Positions 59,677 through 64,000 of a stretch of DNA of 64,000 bases are shown in pieces. Source of the DNA: Podarcis gaigeae (Eukaryota); assembly GCA_964106915.2 (NCBI GenBank), contig OZ066916.1. One strand, written 5' to 3'. The notes under the pieces were generated by a model. The model had not been told where the DNA came from. It made no database searches and saw only the letters and a program-made list of their open reading frames with translations. The translations under genes and the position numbers were made by a program. How positions within the stretch are numbered: the first letter of the stretch is position 1; every line of letters begins with the position of its first letter.

Positions 59677-62145
59677 TACTTACCGTTAGAACCACAGGGC
59701 TAAGAAGAAGTGGAAAGGTTCCCAGAACAGATTCCAGCAGCGGCTATTCCACTTGCTGCTGCCAGAAACACAGGGAAAGACTTCGGTACAATTTCCACCA
59801 GCCTTTTTGGAGCAGTATCCCCTTCAGATCCTGGTCCCACTTAGTTTACGGCTATAAAATACTTTCCATGTCAAAAACTCAGTAGTGTATGTTCTCTGGG
59901 GACGTTCTTCTGGCAAAAGGCTGCCAGAAAAAAAGGACTTTAGACGGAACGTTCTCCCCAAGTCAGCTAAACAGCTTGGGAGTACTGCAGTTCAAGGTGA
60001 TGGACCTCATACCTGTGTATTGACTAGCACTGCTTTGGGGTCATCCTGTGGGAATGTTGAGAAAGGTAGGAGAGGGTATATTGATTAAATATTAATCCTC
60101 TGCACTCACGTTAGTGAACAATCAGCAGAGCACATTCCCTTGCAGATTGCTGGAAGCAACTTGATGGATTTGTTAGAAGCCTTAAGCAGTCCAGTCTGGA
60201 TTGTCCTGGTAAGTTTCCCCTTTATTTCCCTCTTAGAATAATAGTAACACAACAGTCTTCTTTAAAAGTAAGAGTAAGGTTTACTGACATTCAGTTCACA
60301 GCAGTAATCTGAAGGCAGGCTTTATCTTGTGGTTACAGTTAACATTTGTAGGGAAAAGAAGTCTGAGCTAGGCCTCAGACTTTCTACCTCGTGGCTTCCG
60401 TCCTCTGTAAGGATGAGCCATGTGCTGGCTCATAGCCAGAAGAGGAGGTCCAAGAGAGAAGTCTGAAAAGAGAAAAATGGAAAAAGAGGAAAATGACTGC
60501 GTGGCTAGCCCCTTTACAGGGTCTATTGGTCACACCCATCTACCTGGTCACACACAAGGGGAGGAGGCTCCAGAACAGGTATGACAGGAAGCCTTCCCTG
60601 TCTGGAGCCACATTCCCCTGTGTGTCCACTCTAGGCAACAGGAAAATGTACTTGAGTGCTTCAGTGAGGATACATCCCACACATCCTAGCAACCAGAGTA
60701 GCCAATCTGGTGCCCTCCAAATGCGGACCACAGCTCCCATTATCCCAGACCATTTGCTGATATGGGGTGGACTCCCAACACATTGGCTACCCCTGTCCTA
60801 ACAGATGTGAAGAGTCTATCTTTGCCAGACTTGGGGCTTATCTGCACTGCTGCTTTCCCACTGCTCATTTGGAGCAAACGGCAATTCAGGTTCCCCCCAG
60901 AGTGCCATTGGTTCTGATCGATCACTAAAGAATGGGTTTTCCCTTGGGAAGGAGCAGAGCAATGGGGAAACAGCATGGCACAGGTGGACATGCAGCCGAG
61001 AACTTAGTGTGGCTGTGGGGTAAGAAAAGTTGCTGCGCCAAGAGCAGAGAAGCAGAGTGAGCGAGAACTTGTTGGAGACACTGCAGTTCCCCTTGCCACA
61101 AGCTTCCTGGTGTGCACACCCTGTTACCCAAGCTCCTGTCCTGACGGTAACTCCCAACTCCCATGAACCCCAACTAGCATGGTAAAATGATAGGTGTTTG
61201 AGGGCTACAGGTATCTCTAAGATTCCAACTCATTATATCAGCTGCTGAGAGAAGGAAGGATGTGTGTGTTGCAACACGCTGTAGCAACTGGGATAAGCAG
61301 GGCAGAATATCACTGGTCTTTAGGAAAATTGGAGGGAGAGGCTCCAATCCACTTAGATTTCCAGCATTCAAGGTTGTTAGGGAGTAAAACTTCCTAGCGT
61401 CATTAATCTTGTTTATACTGTAAGCTCCTTACCTAGGTGGAAGAGGCAGGCTCTCTAAACGATTATATAAATGAACTGAAATTTCACCGATCTAAATAAG
61501 AGAATATACCTGGCATATCAGAAAGGGGACAGAACAGAACACGACCTGTGAGCTATGTGTGTGATGCCAACCACATCCTTTAAGCTGAATTTCATAGGTC
61601 TCCATACCTGTCTCAGCTGTTTACCTATCCTCATCCTGTTTCAAGTAAAATGAATGGAAAACAATTCTGCGTTTTCTGCTTTTTCCCTTTCCTTTTCCTT
61701 TTTATATTGTGTCTTTCTTTTATATCTACAAACCATTCTGGTAAGGATGTCTGTCTGTCCGTAAGCGTCCTAAGCGGGGTCTTATTACAATTGATGATGA
61801 TTATAATGTGATAAATACAACAAAGAAATGTGCAGGGCTCTTTCCGCTGAAGTCAAGGGAAAGAGAAAAGTAGAGAAACGAATATGGTAAAGATCTCAGC
61901 CAATTAACAGAGCAGAACTGTTCCGATTGGTGATGAACTGCCCAGTCGGGTAGTTAGACAACTAGCAGTAGCTTTTCCCTTTTTTAAGTGGAAAACAAAG
62001 GCTGCCTTGATGAACGGGAAGAGGATACAGATGGTGCTTGTGACTCAGTATCCAAAAGTGGGAGGGGGGGTTGCTTTTAGCAACTCCCAGAGTAAGAGTT
62101 CAGTGCTCTCTTTCCCACTTTCAAGTATGGTTTGTTTTACTACTA

Positions 62146-62149
<4 letters not shown>

Positions 62150-62178
<29 letters not shown>
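62150..62178. repeat. (GA)n microsatellite
   Basis: Direct reading. Confidence 0.9.
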
Positions 62179-62182
<4 letters not shown>

Positions 62183-62460
62183 GAATTGAGGTTTTGCTTC
62201 TGGCAATACCGCACATTGCTTCGATGTTCTCATGTTCGTGGAATCTTAACATGCAAATAGATGTGCCGGCTGAACTTCAAAGTGCAATCTTGCTTCCCTA
62301 GTCCATGGATTTATTTCCGGCAAAGGGCTCTCTAGCTGGCCTAACTCTGCTTGCATGTCTCAAGGCCCGTTGTCGAAAGAAGTTGCAATTCATACCTGTG
62401 CAACTTAAACAGGACAGGAAATAATGCTGCATTGACAACCAGAATAGTTTGCAGTCTGTG

Positions 62461-63543
62461 CAGTGCCATATTTACGTATAAGGTAAATAAGCTGTAGCTT
62501 AGGAGCCCCCTGTCTTGGGGGGGGGGGCAAAAAAAATAAAGGAAAAAAACTGGATGTACATTCCCAAAATATAAGATAAAAAACAAATAAAATAAGACCT
62601 ACATACAGCAACAGTGTTTTGTGTTGTGTAGGCTCCTATGATGTAAGTAATGGGCCCCGCCTACTGGCCTGCTCCCTAAAATGTTTGCTCATTAAAGGTC
62701 CATATAGTTAAAGCTGTGGTTTTCCAAGTAGTGATGTATGGAAGTGAGAGCTGGACCATAAAGAAGGCTGATCGCCGAAGAATTGATGCTTTTGAATTAT
62801 GGTGCTGGAGGAGACTCTTGAGAGTCCCATGGACTGCAAGAAGATCATACCTATCCATTCTTAAGGAAATCAGCCCTGAATGCTCCCTGGAAGGACAGAT
62901 CCTGAAGCTGAGGCTCCAATACTTGGGCCACCTCATGAGAAGAGAAGACTCCCTGGAAAAGACCCTGATGTTGGGAAAGATGGAGGGCACAAGGAGAAGG
63001 GGACGACAGAGGACGAGATGGATGGACAGTGTTCTCGAAGCTGCCAGCATGAGTTTGACCAAACTGCGGGAGGCAGTGGAAGACAGGAGTGCCTGGTGTG
63101 CTTTGGGGCATGGGGTCACAAAGAGTTGGACACGACTAAACGACTAAACAACAACAATATATAGAGAGCCTACATTCTTCATTGACTGGTTGCATGGCAA
63201 CATGTAGCATGTAGCTGCAGACTGCAGTACAACACAGTTGAATGTAGGTCAAGCTCTTGTACCTGTTATCTAATATTAAAGAGTGCTTGTAGACTGATGA
63301 TCAGGCAGCATAGACTAAGGATATGAGTCTTATGCCTACTGATTGATTTCATGTAATACACAATTTATTTATTTTGATCCCATTATGGCTTTAGATACCT
63401 ATTAGGTCCATAAATTACCATATGGCACATATTCAACACAAAAAAACAGTGACAATTTGTTGTTGACAAAGGACAGCTGGACATATAAAGGGCCCCATTA
63501 CCTTCAGTAGCCTAGGGCCTCATCAAACCTAAATCCGGCCCTG
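62461..63543. mobile_element. hAT non-autonomous element hosting a BovB insertion
   Basis: Imperfect TIR CAGTGCCATATTTACG / CCTAAATCCGGCCCTG; 8-bp TSD AGTCTGTG / ACTCTGTG. Confidence 0.7.
62693..63156 (+). mobile_element. BovB (RTE-clade) LINE 3' fragment
   Basis: VVMYGSESWTIKKADRRRIDAFELWCWRRLLRVPWTARRS...GHLMRREDSLEKTLMLGK.EG.RRRGRQR.RW.D; (CAA)n tail. Confidence 0.92.
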
Positions 63544-64000
63544 ACTCTGTGCAGAAACAATGTATGGACTCTAAAAGACTCACTTTTCCTCATGGCCCCC
63601 CCTTTTCTTTTTTTAAAAAAAATGATAGAAAGCGGGTGATGGTGCTGTTTGTTTTTGTTTTGAAACCCATGTTGTTTCATGTGTGACAGCACCCCCTTAG
63701 GAATGCACGATTAGCCCTCTGCGTTCGCCGGAAAGGTCAGCACTCAAGGAAGAAGGAAGAAGCCAGGGAAGGTTTCGATGAATGATTAATAACAATTGTG
63801 TTGGCAGCATAGGCAGCGTTTTCATGCAATCCTTTCAGAAGGATTCCATTAAGAAATAGAAATGTTGCCGCAAAGGTTAGGGAGAAGGGAAACCCCGCCA
63901 GGCAGGGACCTGACTTATCCTACCAACATGTGCATCACTTGGTTTCTTGTAAATTGAATCCACTAGGGCTCAGACTATATGATATGTGGTGTTCGTGATT

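Noticed and set aside
60200-60640. Possible LTR-like segment
   Set aside because: Termini and TSD not convincingly identified

Overview
Vertebrate genomic DNA from a squamate reptile, most likely a lacertid lizard (inferred from Sauria SINEs, BovB and the MITE families). Two multi-exon genes lie head-to-head. NBAS is on the minus strand: coding exons 1-13 are in the window (32924 down to 1997) and the gene continues off the left edge. DDX1 is on the plus strand and complete: 26 coding exons, 34284-55807, 2223 nt, 740 aa, all GT-AG introns. The start codons are only 1.36 kb apart, in two CpG-rich blocks split by an AT-rich spacer. Introns and intergenic DNA hold Sauria SINEs, tRNA-Ile SINEs, BovB/RTE, L1, L2 and CR1 fragments, TA-TSD and hAT MITEs, a solo LTR and a Penelope-like remnant. 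Nearly all ORF-track entries are spurious or TE fragments. The most notable observations are: a ~430-bp palindrome in NBAS intron 9 hit by two different Sauria SINEs at the mirror-image site in each arm; two inverted minimal hammerhead-ribozyme motifs (both G12>A) in DDX1 intron 15; a 1.3-kb CpG-rich, palindrome-filled MITE in DDX1 intron 2; a solo LTR with a long open frame; a candidate DDX1 3'UTR intron; and an N-gap ending exactly at an exon boundary. I found no convincing novel protein-coding system. All annotation was done by eye, with no database searches.
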